Part shown: one piece after another, positions 19,511-29,489 of the stretch
How the letters are laid out: every line of letters starts with the position of its first letter
How positions within the stretch are numbered: the first letter of the stretch is position 1
Source: an uncultured bacterium
Lineage (GTDB): Bacteria > Spirochaetota > B62-G9 > DRHN01
Assembly: GCA_965603595.1 (NCBI GenBank)
Contig: CBFDDP010000003.1
Location: 1,309-65,308 of the forward strand
Reading direction: 5' to 3'
DNA length: 64,000 nt
The notes under the pieces: generated by a model
Database searches by the model: none
What the model was told of the DNA's origin: nothing
Seen by the model: the letters and a program-made list of their open reading frames with translations, nothing else
Made by a program: the position numbers and the translations under genes

Positions 19511-20140
19511 ATGTATGTGGTACTGTGCTACGGTGATTCGAATACATACGGGAGGGACGCAGTCACGAAGGGACGGCTGGAGAGGAACAAACGATGGCCT
19601 GGTTTTCTCCAGAAGCTCCTCGGGGAAGAGTATTATGTCATTGAGGAGGGGTTGAACGGGAGGACCACGGTCTGGGACGATCCTGTACGGGGGCAGAGCA
19701 TGCGCAACGGCAGTATGTACCTGATTCCCTGCCTCGGATCACACAGCCCGATCGACCTCGTTATCCTCATGCTTGGAACCAACGACTGCAAAGCCCGATT
19801 TTGTGTCACACCCTACGATATCGGGCAGAGCCTCGGTTATCTGGTCGAGATCATTCAGAAGAGCAACTGCGGCCGTGACGGCTCACCGAAGATACTGATA
19901 ATGGCCCCGCCTCATCTGGGAAAACTGACCGAGTATGCGGAGACCTTCTCCGGAGGTGTGGAGAAGTCTCGGGAACTGGCAAGGCACTATAAAACCATCG
20001 CCGAGCAGTATGGATGCGCATTCTTCGATACCTCAACAGTGATACAATCGAGCAAGCTCGACGGCCTGCACATTGACCTTGAGGACCATGAAAAACTGGC
20101 AGTAGCGCTTTCAGAACAGGTGAGAATTATTGCCACGTAA
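19511..20140 (+). CDS. SGNH/GDSL hydrolase (esterase)
   Basis: N-terminal CYGDSNTYG block; GTNDC block. Confidence 0.7.
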   Translation: MYVVLCYGDSNTYGRDAVTKGRLERNKRWPGFLQKLLGEEYYVIEEGLNGRTTVWDDPVRGQSMRNGSMYLIPCLGSHSPIDLVILMLGTNDCKARFCVTPYDIGQSLGYLVEIIQKSNCGRDGSPKILIMAPPHLGKLTEYAETFSGGVEKSRELARHYKTIAEQYGCAFFDTSTVIQSSKLDGLHIDLEDHEKLAVALSEQVRIIAT

Positions 20141-20161
20141 TGGTTCTCGAAAGATAGAGAC

Positions 20162-21109
20162 ATGATACAGGTAACAAAACTTAATAAAAGATATGGTAAT
20201 CAAACGGTACTAAACGATATTTCTTTTACTGTGAAAAAGGGTGAAATCGTAGGTGTGTTGGGACCGAACGGGGCTGGCAAATCCACACTGATGAAGATTA
20301 TTGCCTGTTTCATTCCGGCAACTTCCGGATCGGTGAAGATAGATGGATTGGACGTAATTGCCGACTCGCTCGAAGTGCGAAAACGAATCGGCTATCTTCC
20401 GGAGAAGGTGCAGCTCTACAGGGACTTGACTGTGCAGAAGCTTCTCGAGTATATCGCGCTCATTAAACAGATGCCTCGTTCGAAGTACAAGGACCAGGTT
20501 ACTGATTTGATGAATATATGTGGCATTGCCCATGTTGCGCATAAGCATGTAAGAAAGCTATCGAAGGGGTACTGTCAAAGAGTCGGTATTGCACAGGCAC
20601 TTCTTGGCAAACCAGAGTTGTTGATCCTTGACGAGCCGACCGTTGGGCTTGATCCGCGGCAAATCGTTGATATACGCCGGATTATCAAGCAGCAATCAGG
20701 AAAAAAGACAGTAATCATCAGCACGCACATGCTCCATGAGGCAAGTATGCTCTGTGATTCAGTGATAATAATTGTAAATGGGCGTATAGTTGCCAAGGAA
20801 ATACAGCACGGTTTGAAAGATTCACTCTTCAGTAATACCTGTTTGCGCTTGCGTGTTCAGGGACCACTTCATCAGGTGAGATCAGAGATACGAGCGTTGG
20901 GACATGAATTAATACTGCAGCAAACCATTTCGAACGTGGATCAGGTTTATGACTTCATCGTTTCAGGTGTTGATGACAGCAGATCACAGGGGGATATCGC
21001 CCGTTTCATTGCAGGCAAATGGACACTTCTTGAATTAACTCACGTAAAAAAATCCCTTGAAGACTTTTTTCTTAATGTCACAGGATATAGTGAAGAGGAT
21101 GTTTCTTGA
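20162..21109 (+). CDS. ABC-2 type transporter ATP-binding protein (GldA-like)
   Basis: GPNGAGKSTLMK; LSKGYCQRVGIAQAL. Confidence 0.8.
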   Translation: MIQVTKLNKRYGNQTVLNDISFTVKKGEIVGVLGPNGAGKSTLMKIIACFIPATSGSVKIDGLDVIADSLEVRKRIGYLPEKVQLYRDLTVQKLLEYIALIKQMPRSKYKDQVTDLMNICGIAHVAHKHVRKLSKGYCQRVGIAQALLGKPELLILDEPTVGLDPRQIVDIRRIIKQQSGKKTVIISTHMLHEASMLCDSVIIIVNGRIVAKEIQHGLKDSLFSNTCLRLRVQGPLHQVRSEIRALGHELILQQTISNVDQVYDFIVSGVDDSRSQGDIARFIAGKWTLLELTHVKKSLEDFFLNVTGYSEEDVS

Positions 21110-21882
21110 GGAACCTCAAGTACATTGCGAGAATGGAACTGCGTATATATTTCACAACGCCGATTATATATATTCTGGCCACGGTGTTTTTCGGGATCTG
21201 TGGGTATATCTTCTATGATCTATTCGTGAATTTCAGTGAATACAGCTTCAGGGCGATCAATCTTGACAGAATGGTCCTGAATGAAAATATCAGCGCCAAT
21301 ACGCTTGTTTTCATGCCCCTTTTCTCATACATGGGATTCTTTCTATTACTCATCGTACCGCTCATGACCATGAGGCTTTTTGCAGAAGAAAAGAAAATAG
21401 GAACGATTGAGCTGCTTGTTACGTATCCAACCACGAAGGCTGAGATTCTCGGTGGTAAGTTTGTGGCGAGTAGTTGCGTTCTGGTGCTCATGCTGGGAGC
21501 GACTTTTATTTATCCAGTGCTGACAGGAATGTTTGGAACGGTGTATTTCGGCCCTCTCCTATCGGGTTATTTGGGGTTGCTGTTGCAGGGACTGACAATT
21601 ATGTCGATAGGTATATTTTCTTCTTCACTCACTGAAAATCAGATTGTTTCTGCCATCATCACCTATGGCATTGTGGTTATTCTGTCATCCTTACAGTGGA
21701 CTGCTGATTCCATTCCGCAGGCTGCGCGTCAGGTTTTACAATACATTTCAATGAGTGCACATTTATCCTCCCTAACCAGTGGGGTAATCGATACACGCGA
21801 TATTGTATATTTCGTTCTCATCTCAGCTTTCTTTTTTTGGCTTACCTTGAGATCGCTTGAATCTGAACGGTGGAGAAAGTAA
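21106..21882 (+). CDS. ABC-2 permease (GldF-like)
   Basis: Six hydrophobic TM segments. Coupled to the ATPase gene. Confidence 0.65.
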   Translation: MRNLKYIARMELRIYFTTPIIYILATVFFGICGYIFYDLFVNFSEYSFRAINLDRMVLNENISANTLVFMPLFSYMGFFLLLIVPLMTMRLFAEEKKIGTIELLVTYPTTKAEILGGKFVASSCVLVLMLGATFIYPVLTGMFGTVYFGPLLSGYLGLLLQGLTIMSIGIFSSSLTENQIVSAIITYGIVVILSSLQWTADSIPQAARQVLQYISMSAHLSSLTSGVIDTRDIVYFVLISAFFFWLTLRSLESERWRK

Positions 21883-23258
21883 ACTTGTCCCGAGAGGGTA
21901 AGAAACAATTTTTCCTAACGCCTTTGCAGGTAAGCGTGCTCGCCACTCTTCTCCTTCTCGCGATTCTCACCGTTGTCGCAATGACCTCGTTGAAACTCTA
22001 CGGTAGATACGATACAACAGTGACGAGAAGATATAGCCTCTCTGAACAGACACTGAGCGTACTTGAAAACATACACAGAGAAGTACGAGCACTTGGTTTT
22101 TTTACGCCTGCTCATCCCCATGAAGAGAAAACAGTAGAACTGTTGAAGCAAATCTCCGATGCTACAAAGTATTTCACCTTTGAGATTATCAATCCGGAGA
22201 AAAATCCGGGACGAACCCGGAAATATGGAAAAATCGTATCGGGGACTCTTGTATTAGAATCAGGTGAAAGATGGGAAAAGGTTTTAAAACCAAACGAGAA
22301 TACTATTTTGAGTGCAGTTATAAGAATAACAGGGGACGAGGAAAGGGGTATATACTTCACCGTCGGACATGGCGAGCAGAGTCTTGATGATACTGCTGAA
22401 TCGGGATTAGCAAAAGCAATGAATGCACTTGGTTCACTTGCTTTTGACGCATCTCCTGTTAACCTGCTCAAATTGGAGAACGTACCGGAAGACGCTGATG
22501 TGGTCGTTATTTCTGGACCGACAAAGGATTTCTTTGTCGATGAACTGGATAACCTGTACGCTTATATTGAAAAAGGAGGCTCTCTCCTGATAATGATGGA
22601 TCCGGACCACTTGCCGGAACTTGAGCAGTTTTGTCAGAGGTTCGGTATCCATCTAGGAAGGGGTGTAATCATAGATAAATCAAAGAAAATCACAGGTTCT
22701 GATTTTCTCATGACTCTGGTCGATCAGTATAGCAACCATGATATTACCGGAGAAATCGATTCAGTTTCGATCTTCCCTCTTTCCCGCTCAGTTCAGGTAT
22801 CAGGAGTGAGAAGGGAAGGCATTACTCTTTTCCCTCTCGTAAGAACGAGTGATGAAAGCTGGATTGAAACTGATGTATTCAATCTTTTTAACAATGGCAT
22901 ATGTAGATTCGATGAACTAGAGGATGAAAGGGGGCCGCATACTATTGCAGTTGCCTGTGAGGTGGAAGGTGTTTCTGAAGATATGCAGAATAAAGTTGGG
23001 AGGATTATAGTATTTGGGGATTCGGACTTCGTTCAGAATACCTATTTTGATCAGGGTGCAAATGGTGATTTATTTATGAACAGTGTACTGTGGTTGAGCA
23101 GGGAGAAGGACATAATTGCGTCTCCTCCTGTTGTTCACGAGTTCTATCCTATAATTCTCACAAAGCCTCAACTACAGCTTCTCTTCTGGCTGGCGGTTAT
23201 CCTCTTACCACTTCTATCATTGTTTATTGGGATATTTGTCATCAGGAAGATTCGATGA
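21870..23258 (+). CDS. GldG-like ABC transporter auxiliary protein
   Basis: N- and C-terminal TM helices flank a large extracytoplasmic domain. GTG start overlaps the upstream stop. Confidence 0.55.
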   Translation: MEKVNLSREGKKQFFLTPLQVSVLATLLLLAILTVVAMTSLKLYGRYDTTVTRRYSLSEQTLSVLENIHREVRALGFFTPAHPHEEKTVELLKQISDATKYFTFEIINPEKNPGRTRKYGKIVSGTLVLESGERWEKVLKPNENTILSAVIRITGDEERGIYFTVGHGEQSLDDTAESGLAKAMNALGSLAFDASPVNLLKLENVPEDADVVVISGPTKDFFVDELDNLYAYIEKGGSLLIMMDPDHLPELEQFCQRFGIHLGRGVIIDKSKKITGSDFLMTLVDQYSNHDITGEIDSVSIFPLSRSVQVSGVRREGITLFPLVRTSDESWIETDVFNLFNNGICRFDELEDERGPHTIAVACEVEGVSEDMQNKVGRIIVFGDSDFVQNTYFDQGANGDLFMNSVLWLSREKDIIASPPVVHEFYPIILTKPQLQLLFWLAVILLPLLSLFIGIFVIRKIR

Positions 23259-25045
23259 CAAAGCTAAAGCAGGGCTATAAAACCCTTCTTGTACTTTTCT
23301 TTGCCCTCCTTGCCACACTTTCGTTCTATTTTTTATATGTTGTTCCACAAAGGGAAAAACAATTGCAAGCCTCTCGGGGAGAAACGCAACAAATTACTAT
23401 CTCCCCCAATGAGGTACAGAGACTTGAATTAAAAAACAAACACGGTAGTTTTTCCTTTATGAAAACGGACAACTCCTGGCATATGATACGCCCTTTGGAA
23501 AAAGAAGGTGATAATTTCGCTCTTAATACTATCGTTGATTACTTCAAAGTCCTGAAGCTCAGAACCGTGGTACCCGAGAGAGCTACTGATTCGGTATTAC
23601 ATCGATTCGGTCTTTTGAAACCTGGGATTGAATTAACACTCTGGAGAGAGGATGGTAATAAACTATTCACCTTATATCTCGGTGACCTCACGCCTGATCG
23701 AATGAGTGTGTATGGGTATTTCGATGATGAAGACGGAATTGCCATCCTGCCAATGTATCTGATTATACTTCTTGACAAGAACCTCTATGATCTACGGGAC
23801 AAATCGGTTTTCACATTTGATGCTGAGAACGTATCAAGGGTGGTCATGGATTTTGCTGGTTCGGGAATAGATATTGAAAAAATAGAAGAACGAAATTGGG
23901 TATTTAAAAGTCCAGTTTGTGGTGCTGCTGATGCCAGGTCAGTGGAGCATCTTTTAAACCAGTTGAGGTGGATTGCTGTAGCTGAGTTTTTTAACAATCG
24001 GCAACCAGAACCGCAGTCAGTCGGACTCGACCGTCCATGGGCGAGGATCTCGGTGACAGAGACTGCAACGAACTCATCTCAGAGCATTTCTTTCGGTTTC
24101 ATCGATGAGCAGAAAGGTATCTATGCACAATCCGATGATACTGGCGAAATGTTCTTATTACCAATTGAGACAACAAGATTCTTCATGGAGGATGTCCACT
24201 ACCTGAGAGATCAATCGGTTTTCAAATTCGAAGACAACGATATTCGAGGGTTTGAATTGGACTATCCCGGTGATAAGGATGATTTCCTAGTGGAGAGAGA
24301 TCCAAGAGGTGATTGGATCATTGTTATACCAGAACGCAAAAAAGCCGATGCCGATGCAGTTGAGAAGTATTTCAAAGAGCTTCGAGCACTTGAAAGTAAA
24401 GAATTCTTACCCTTGCATTTGTTTAATAAAACGGAAGCAGCACTTTTACGTCCAGATTTCAGATTGATACTCGAGAGGAGTGATGGAAAAGCAGTTACTC
24501 TCTCCTTTGGCCTACATCCTGAAGAAAATCCTGAATTTATCTATGCCCGGCTGAATCATCATGACGAAGTGATGCTCCTCGACGCTCACATAGCGAATAA
24601 TCTTCAAAAGGAGCAGAGGTACTTTGAGTTTCGATACCTCTATCTATTTAATATCAGGGACGTATACAAGGTCGATTTGCTCTTTAAGGGCACTGAGACG
24701 AGTGTCCAGCGGATAAAAGACGACAAGTGGAAAATGTCATCTCCTCATAAGCGAATAGTAAACAGGTTTCAAGTTTTGATGGTGTTACGAGATCTGTGGA
24801 GGCTGAAGTCAGACCAAGACCTCTCGCCAGTTGAAATGGCGAGAGTTATTGAAGAGAGACCAAATATTGAGATCCATTTGTGGATTGAATCGGTAAGCAT
24901 ACCGGTACGTTATTCGTTTTGGGAGCCATATGGTAACAACCATTTCTTCATTGTGAAGGTAGATGAAGAACTGCATATGGTTGGAGACGAAAAGGTACAG
25001 ACACTGAAAAACCGTCTTGATCAGATTTATGCGCAAACGATGTAA
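23255..25045 (+). CDS. DUF4340-like protein (usual partner of GldG)
   Basis: N-terminal TM helix, then a repetitive beta-rich body of about 600 aa. Its ATGA start overlaps the GldG stop. The ORF-track start at 23090 is rejected. Confidence 0.45.
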   Translation: MTKLKQGYKTLLVLFFALLATLSFYFLYVVPQREKQLQASRGETQQITISPNEVQRLELKNKHGSFSFMKTDNSWHMIRPLEKEGDNFALNTIVDYFKVLKLRTVVPERATDSVLHRFGLLKPGIELTLWREDGNKLFTLYLGDLTPDRMSVYGYFDDEDGIAILPMYLIILLDKNLYDLRDKSVFTFDAENVSRVVMDFAGSGIDIEKIEERNWVFKSPVCGAADARSVEHLLNQLRWIAVAEFFNNRQPEPQSVGLDRPWARISVTETATNSSQSISFGFIDEQKGIYAQSDDTGEMFLLPIETTRFFMEDVHYLRDQSVFKFEDNDIRGFELDYPGDKDDFLVERDPRGDWIIVIPERKKADADAVEKYFKELRALESKEFLPLHLFNKTEAALLRPDFRLILERSDGKAVTLSFGLHPEENPEFIYARLNHHDEVMLLDAHIANNLQKEQRYFEFRYLYLFNIRDVYKVDLLFKGTETSVQRIKDDKWKMSSPHKRIVNRFQVLMVLRDLWRLKSDQDLSPVEMARVIEERPNIEIHLWIESVSIPVRYSFWEPYGNNHFFIVKVDEELHMVGDEKVQTLKNRLDQIYAQTM

Positions 25046-25046
25046 A

Positions 25047-25090
25047 CAAAAGTGCCCATTGGTTGAATGACCAATGGGCACTTTTAAAAT
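25047..25090. terminator. Bidirectional hairpin terminator
   Basis: AAAAGTGCCCATTGGT, tgaatg, then ACCAATGGGCACTTTT. Perfect 15-bp stem between convergent genes. Confidence 0.65.
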
Positions 25091-25142
25091 ATGGTAATAA
25101 AGGAGGTTTGTTACCTGTTCAGATTAATAGGGGTCGGCCCAC

Positions 25143-25775
25143 CTATTTCGGTTTCTTCTCAAATCCCCAGCCGGCACCCTTTCTTCCCGTTAGTTTCACC
25201 AAGTCAAGATCTTTTGGAACCTCATCACCAGGACCCGGGATCATCGACATATCCAGGCCTTTTGGTATTTCATCCCAGAGTATATCCACCGTCCATGCCG
25301 ATACCTTTGCGCACACAACGGTGCATCCTATACTGTGCGCCCCCATTTCCTCAAATGTATCAAAATCTTTCTTATTACTGAAATCAAAGTTTCTGCCGTA
25401 CAGTTTCTGATGTATTTCAGGACAGATTGCCGACCCCCATTCCTGAACAAATTTGTCATAGAGCTTCTGTCCAAGGAACGATGACTTCAAATACTTTTCA
25501 GACCTGAGCCATTGGTCATATGTTCTACCGAAAAAGTAGCTGAATGCCAGCATTGCACCCGACCATGCTCCGCAAGCAACCTTTGCCGTGCAGGCACCAC
25601 CTCCCTCAAGCGCTGAGCTCAACTTAAAGATGAGATCGTTTTTTATACCCAGGACTTCCGATACGGCATTCCACGTAGCTTGCGAACAAGCCTGCCGGAG
25701 CCCTTCCCCTTCGAACGCTATTTTATAGGCTTTTTCCATCGCTTGTTCTCTCGTTAAGCCATTGATTGTGTCCAT
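25143..25775 (-). CDS. C_GCAxxG_C_C family protein (paralog 2)
   Basis: MDTINGLTREQAMEKAYKIAF...CSQATWNAV...GGGACTAKVACGAWSG. ATG start with an AAGGGGG SD. Confidence 0.65.
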   Translation of the reverse strand: MDTINGLTREQAMEKAYKIAFEGEGLRQACSQATWNAVSEVLGIKNDLIFKLSSALEGGGACTAKVACGAWSGAMLAFSYFFGRTYDQWLRSEKYLKSSFLGQKLYDKFVQEWGSAICPEIHQKLYGRNFDFSNKKDFDTFEEMGAHSIGCTVVCAKVSAWTVDILWDEIPKGLDMSMIPGPGDEVPKDLDLVKLTGRKGAGWGFEKKPK

Positions 25776-25793
25776 ATAAGCCCCCTTAATCAA

Positions 25794-26127
25794 TTATAGT
25801 AATTTATTTTACTATACATAGTAATCTTTGCAAGGATTTTTTTAATATAATACCTGAAAATTAAATATTAATTCATTAAATTGTATATACTTAATTATTG
25901 ATTACATAATTATTTATAATATAATAAATAATATGATAAACAGACAAAAATAATTTATGTTGCTCATGGTGATCAAAATATAAAAGATAGCTATAAATTT
26001 AAATAAATAAAGAATTTATATTGACAAAGATTACTATAAAATATATGATTTATGAAACGTTAGGTGTAAACACGGATAAAATACTTAGCACAAGTATTTT
26101 ATATAAAATTTCAAAGGAGGGAGTGCT
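25794..26127. other. Extremely AT-rich 334-bp intergenic region
   Basis: About 20% GC in a roughly 50% GC background. Contains TTGACAAAG...TATAAAAT and ATAATATGATAAACAG / TTGATTACAT elements. Confidence 0.5.
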
Positions 26128-27372
26128 ATGAAGAGGAACCGAATCGTATTTCTTTTGTGTTTGCTCTGCTTTCTTTTGCCTGCGCTGCTATTCGCCGGAG
26201 GTGAAAGAGAATCTACAGAGAAACCGGAACCGGTAGCAAAATCTGAGTATGAGAACAAAATTCTCCACCCCTACACTACATTGGAGAATGAATACTTCAA
26301 GATGTGGGCACAGGGGCAGACTGAGGCTGCTGAGGCTCTGGGGTATGAGAGCCTGCCGGTCATCAACGAAGGTGACACAGATAAACAGGTGTCACAGATT
26401 GAGACAATGGTATCGGCAGGCGTCCAGATCGTGCAAAACGTATCTCCTGACAGCAGTAATATTGCTACCATCGCAAAGCTCTGCCAGCAGAATAAGGTGT
26501 GGCTCGTAAACAGCCACGAGACGCCCGAATGGCTGACGCCTCCGGATATCGGAGACTACTATACTGTGGCGAATTTTGCGGATAACTACGGGTACGGTTA
26601 TCAGATGGCGAAACTGCTTTTCGACAAGATCGGCGGAAAAGGAAAACTTCTGCACATCAGCGGCTGGCCGGGGAATCTTCCCAACAAGTTCAGGACCATG
26701 GGCCTTGAAAAGGCTCTGGAGGAGTATCCTGATATCGAATTACTCGCAAGTCAGCCTGGAAAATGGAACCGGGTGGACTCGCGTAAGGTTATGGAGGATT
26801 TCATCATTGCATACCCCGAATTTGACGCCGTGTTCGGACAGAACGATGATGTCGGCATAGGTGCAATGATCGCCTGTGAAGAGGCTGGAATCAGTGTACC
26901 GATCATCGGAATCGATGGAAACAAGGAAACCATGGAGTACATCGATCAGGGGCGGTACTATGCGGTCATGTCGCAGCATCCCGGTTGGCATTCCGGGTGG
27001 AGCACGGTCATCGCGTACGATGCAGCACATGGTTGGAAGCCGTCAATTGCGGAGAGAATGGTGCAGTTCGACGGTACCGTGATTACCAAGGAAAATGTTG
27101 ACTGGTATTACAATCTCATGTGGGGTGAGGATAATCTGCCCTTCGACTGGAAGAAGATGTCAAAGGTTCTTCATCCTGATGATTGGGATCTGCAGAACGG
27201 GGTGCGGCCACTCGATCCCAGAGATCTCTGGGCCGGTATGGATAAACCGGCAGGCTACTCGCTACCTGAAGAGTACGACTATGAGAAGGGGTACAGGGAC
27301 GACTATGAGCGGGTCAAGAAGATGTATGAGGATCATTACAAGTCGAAGACTCTACACCCCCATCTCAAGTAA
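26128..27372 (+). CDS. Periplasmic sugar-binding protein (RbsB-like PBP type I) with a C-terminal extension
   Basis: Signal peptide MKRNRIVFLLCLLCFLLPALLFAGG, then a type-I PBP body. SD AAAGGAGGG lies upstream. Confidence 0.75.
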   Translation: MKRNRIVFLLCLLCFLLPALLFAGGERESTEKPEPVAKSEYENKILHPYTTLENEYFKMWAQGQTEAAEALGYESLPVINEGDTDKQVSQIETMVSAGVQIVQNVSPDSSNIATIAKLCQQNKVWLVNSHETPEWLTPPDIGDYYTVANFADNYGYGYQMAKLLFDKIGGKGKLLHISGWPGNLPNKFRTMGLEKALEEYPDIELLASQPGKWNRVDSRKVMEDFIIAYPEFDAVFGQNDDVGIGAMIACEEAGISVPIIGIDGNKETMEYIDQGRYYAVMSQHPGWHSGWSTVIAYDAAHGWKPSIAERMVQFDGTVITKENVDWYYNLMWGEDNLPFDWKKMSKVLHPDDWDLQNGVRPLDPRDLWAGMDKPAGYSLPEEYDYEKGYRDDYERVKKMYEDHYKSKTLHPHLK

Positions 27373-27501
27373 TGAGGGAGATTCATTTCACTGTTCTTGA
27401 AATGGTATGCGGAAAAGTAATCTCTTTTCCGCATACCTTTTTTTCTGAAATCGTAATATCATGAACGATGCTCGTAAAGGGTTAAACAAGACAATGGGGA
27501 A

Positions 27502-28488
27502 ATGCATTTCATGAACAGTATAATAAAATTGTGGAACAGCTTCGTCCTGTTTGTTCGCAGGAAAAAACTTGTAGACCTTTTACCCTACGTCATGCTTTTA
27601 GTGCTTGTTATTACATTTTACCTCATTACGCCCATCTTTCTCTCCCGTGAAAACATTCTGGTGCTTCTTGCCCAGGGTATGGTGCTGCTCCTTGTAGGAA
27701 CAGCATCCACGTTTCCCATTTTAATGGGCTCGATTGATCTTTCGGTAGCGGCAAATACGACACTGACGGGAATTGTGGCCGCGCTCTTTATACCAAACAT
27801 TGGAGTATGGGCCGCAGTACCCGCTATACTGGTTGGTCTCGGGTTTGGGTTTATAAATGGCATGGTAAGCGTAAAGTTCAAACTACCTTCATTCATAATT
27901 ACACTTGGAACCATGTCGATCATGAATGGTACGGGTCTGTTGCTCAGTGGTGGGAGCCCGATCTGGTTTCAAAATGATGCCTTCAACTGGATTTCGAAAG
28001 GAACGATATTTGGGGGCCTTCAAAATATCGTTGTTTGGTCAGTCCTCATCTATATTTTATTTTCTTTCCTGGGGTCCTATACACGGTTCGGCAGATATCT
28101 CGTTGCCATTGGTGGAGGCGAGAAAATTGCAAAGCTTTCTGGTATCAATGTTGAGAAATACAGAGTAATGGCGTTCACCTTCGCCGGGCTGTTATGCGGC
28201 ATAGCGGGAGTTTTACAGATATCGCGGGTTGAGTCCGCATCTCCGCACTTCGGAGCAAAGCTCCTTATGGATGCAATTGCTTCCGTCGTCATTGGTGGAA
28301 CACCCGTATCGGGAGGGGTAGGTGGTATACACAGAACCTTTATCGGGGTGCTGGTTATTACGGTTCTGAGCAACGGACTCGATGTATCACTTGTACACCC
28401 CTACTATCAGTCGATCATTAAGGGTATTGTTGTTTTGTCGGCTGTTGTCTTAACACTTGATCGGTCGAAGCTTGCACTGGTTAAGTGA
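27502..28488 (+). CDS. Sugar ABC permease (RbsC/BPD-2 family)
   Basis: Hydrophobic 10-TM-like protein with an IDLSV motif. Confidence 0.8.
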   Translation: MHFMNSIIKLWNSFVLFVRRKKLVDLLPYVMLLVLVITFYLITPIFLSRENILVLLAQGMVLLLVGTASTFPILMGSIDLSVAANTTLTGIVAALFIPNIGVWAAVPAILVGLGFGFINGMVSVKFKLPSFIITLGTMSIMNGTGLLLSGGSPIWFQNDAFNWISKGTIFGGLQNIVVWSVLIYILFSFLGSYTRFGRYLVAIGGGEKIAKLSGINVEKYRVMAFTFAGLLCGIAGVLQISRVESASPHFGAKLLMDAIASVVIGGTPVSGGVGGIHRTFIGVLVITVLSNGLDVSLVHPYYQSIIKGIVVLSAVVLTLDRSKLALVK

Positions 28489-28515
28489 TATTGATAGAGC
28501 AGAGGATGCATTTGC

Positions 28516-29466
28516 ATGCCGGATAAATTGGTGAGGCGCAAGTCGTTAGGTACCATACTGCCTCTTGGATTCATTTTCGTATTGGTGTTGTTTTTTGGGT
28601 CCATAAACCCGCGATTTCTTTCGATTGCCAATCTATATAACCTGATACGGCAAACATCGGTTCTCATGATTGTAGCAATTGGTGCGACCTTCGTGATTCT
28701 CATGGGAAGCATCGATCTGTCGGTTGGTTCGATAGTTACACTCTCTGGAATCGTTTCTGCACTGTTTGTTCCGAGAATCGGGATTGGTTCAATCTTCATA
28801 GGTGTCGTCATTGGAGGATTGGCCGGCACAATTAATGGGCTTGTCTTCGTCTACGGACGTGTGCCCTCATTCTTAGTCACGCTGGCAATGGGACCGATAT
28901 TGGAGGGGATTGCACTTATCATCTGCAAAGGTTCACCGGTCGTTATCAAGGATATGAATTTCCTGAAAATAGCCTCAGGTAGACTAATAGGAAATTTTCC
29001 GAATATTGGGATCTGGGCCATTCTCATCTACTGTTTTTTTACCTTTATAGCTTTCAGGACCCGGTATGGACGATACGTATTTACCATCGGAGCAGGTGAG
29101 AAGGCTTCTCAATTCTCCGGTGTTTCTGTGAAGCGTATTAAAATAATGACCTATTTTGTATCGGGTTTTCTCAGTGGACTTGCCGGTGTCCTCTTCAGTG
29201 CCAGATGCCAATCCGGTACTGCGCGAATGGGAGAGCCTTTTATTCTTGATTCTATTGCGGCTACTGTGGTTGGAGGAACGGCACTGACCGGGGGTTCAGG
29301 CGGACCGCATAGGACAATTCTCGGTGTAATCATCATGGGCATTTTAAGCAACGGCATGAATCTACTGAACGTTCATCCACATGTGCAAATAATTATCAAG
29401 GGAGTCGTTACAATTCTGGCTGTTGCGGCGACATTGGATAGGTCGCGTCTGGAATTTGTGAAATGA
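28516..29466 (+). CDS. Second RbsC-like ABC permease
   Basis: GSIDLSVGS; paralogous to the previous gene. Confidence 0.8.
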   Translation: MPDKLVRRKSLGTILPLGFIFVLVLFFGSINPRFLSIANLYNLIRQTSVLMIVAIGATFVILMGSIDLSVGSIVTLSGIVSALFVPRIGIGSIFIGVVIGGLAGTINGLVFVYGRVPSFLVTLAMGPILEGIALIICKGSPVVIKDMNFLKIASGRLIGNFPNIGIWAILIYCFFTFIAFRTRYGRYVFTIGAGEKASQFSGVSVKRIKIMTYFVSGFLSGLAGVLFSARCQSGTARMGEPFILDSIAATVVGGTALTGGSGGPHRTILGVIIMGILSNGMNLLNVHPHVQIIIKGVVTILAVAATLDRSRLEFVK

Positions 29467-29489
29467 ATATGGGGGAGGTGCTTTAAGTC

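Noticed and set aside
23090-23254. Upstream extension of the DUF4340 ORF (ORF-track start 23090)
   Set aside because: It would overlap 165 nt of the GldG-like gene in another frame. The ATG at 23255 overlaps the GldG stop (ATGA), which is the usual coupled arrangement.
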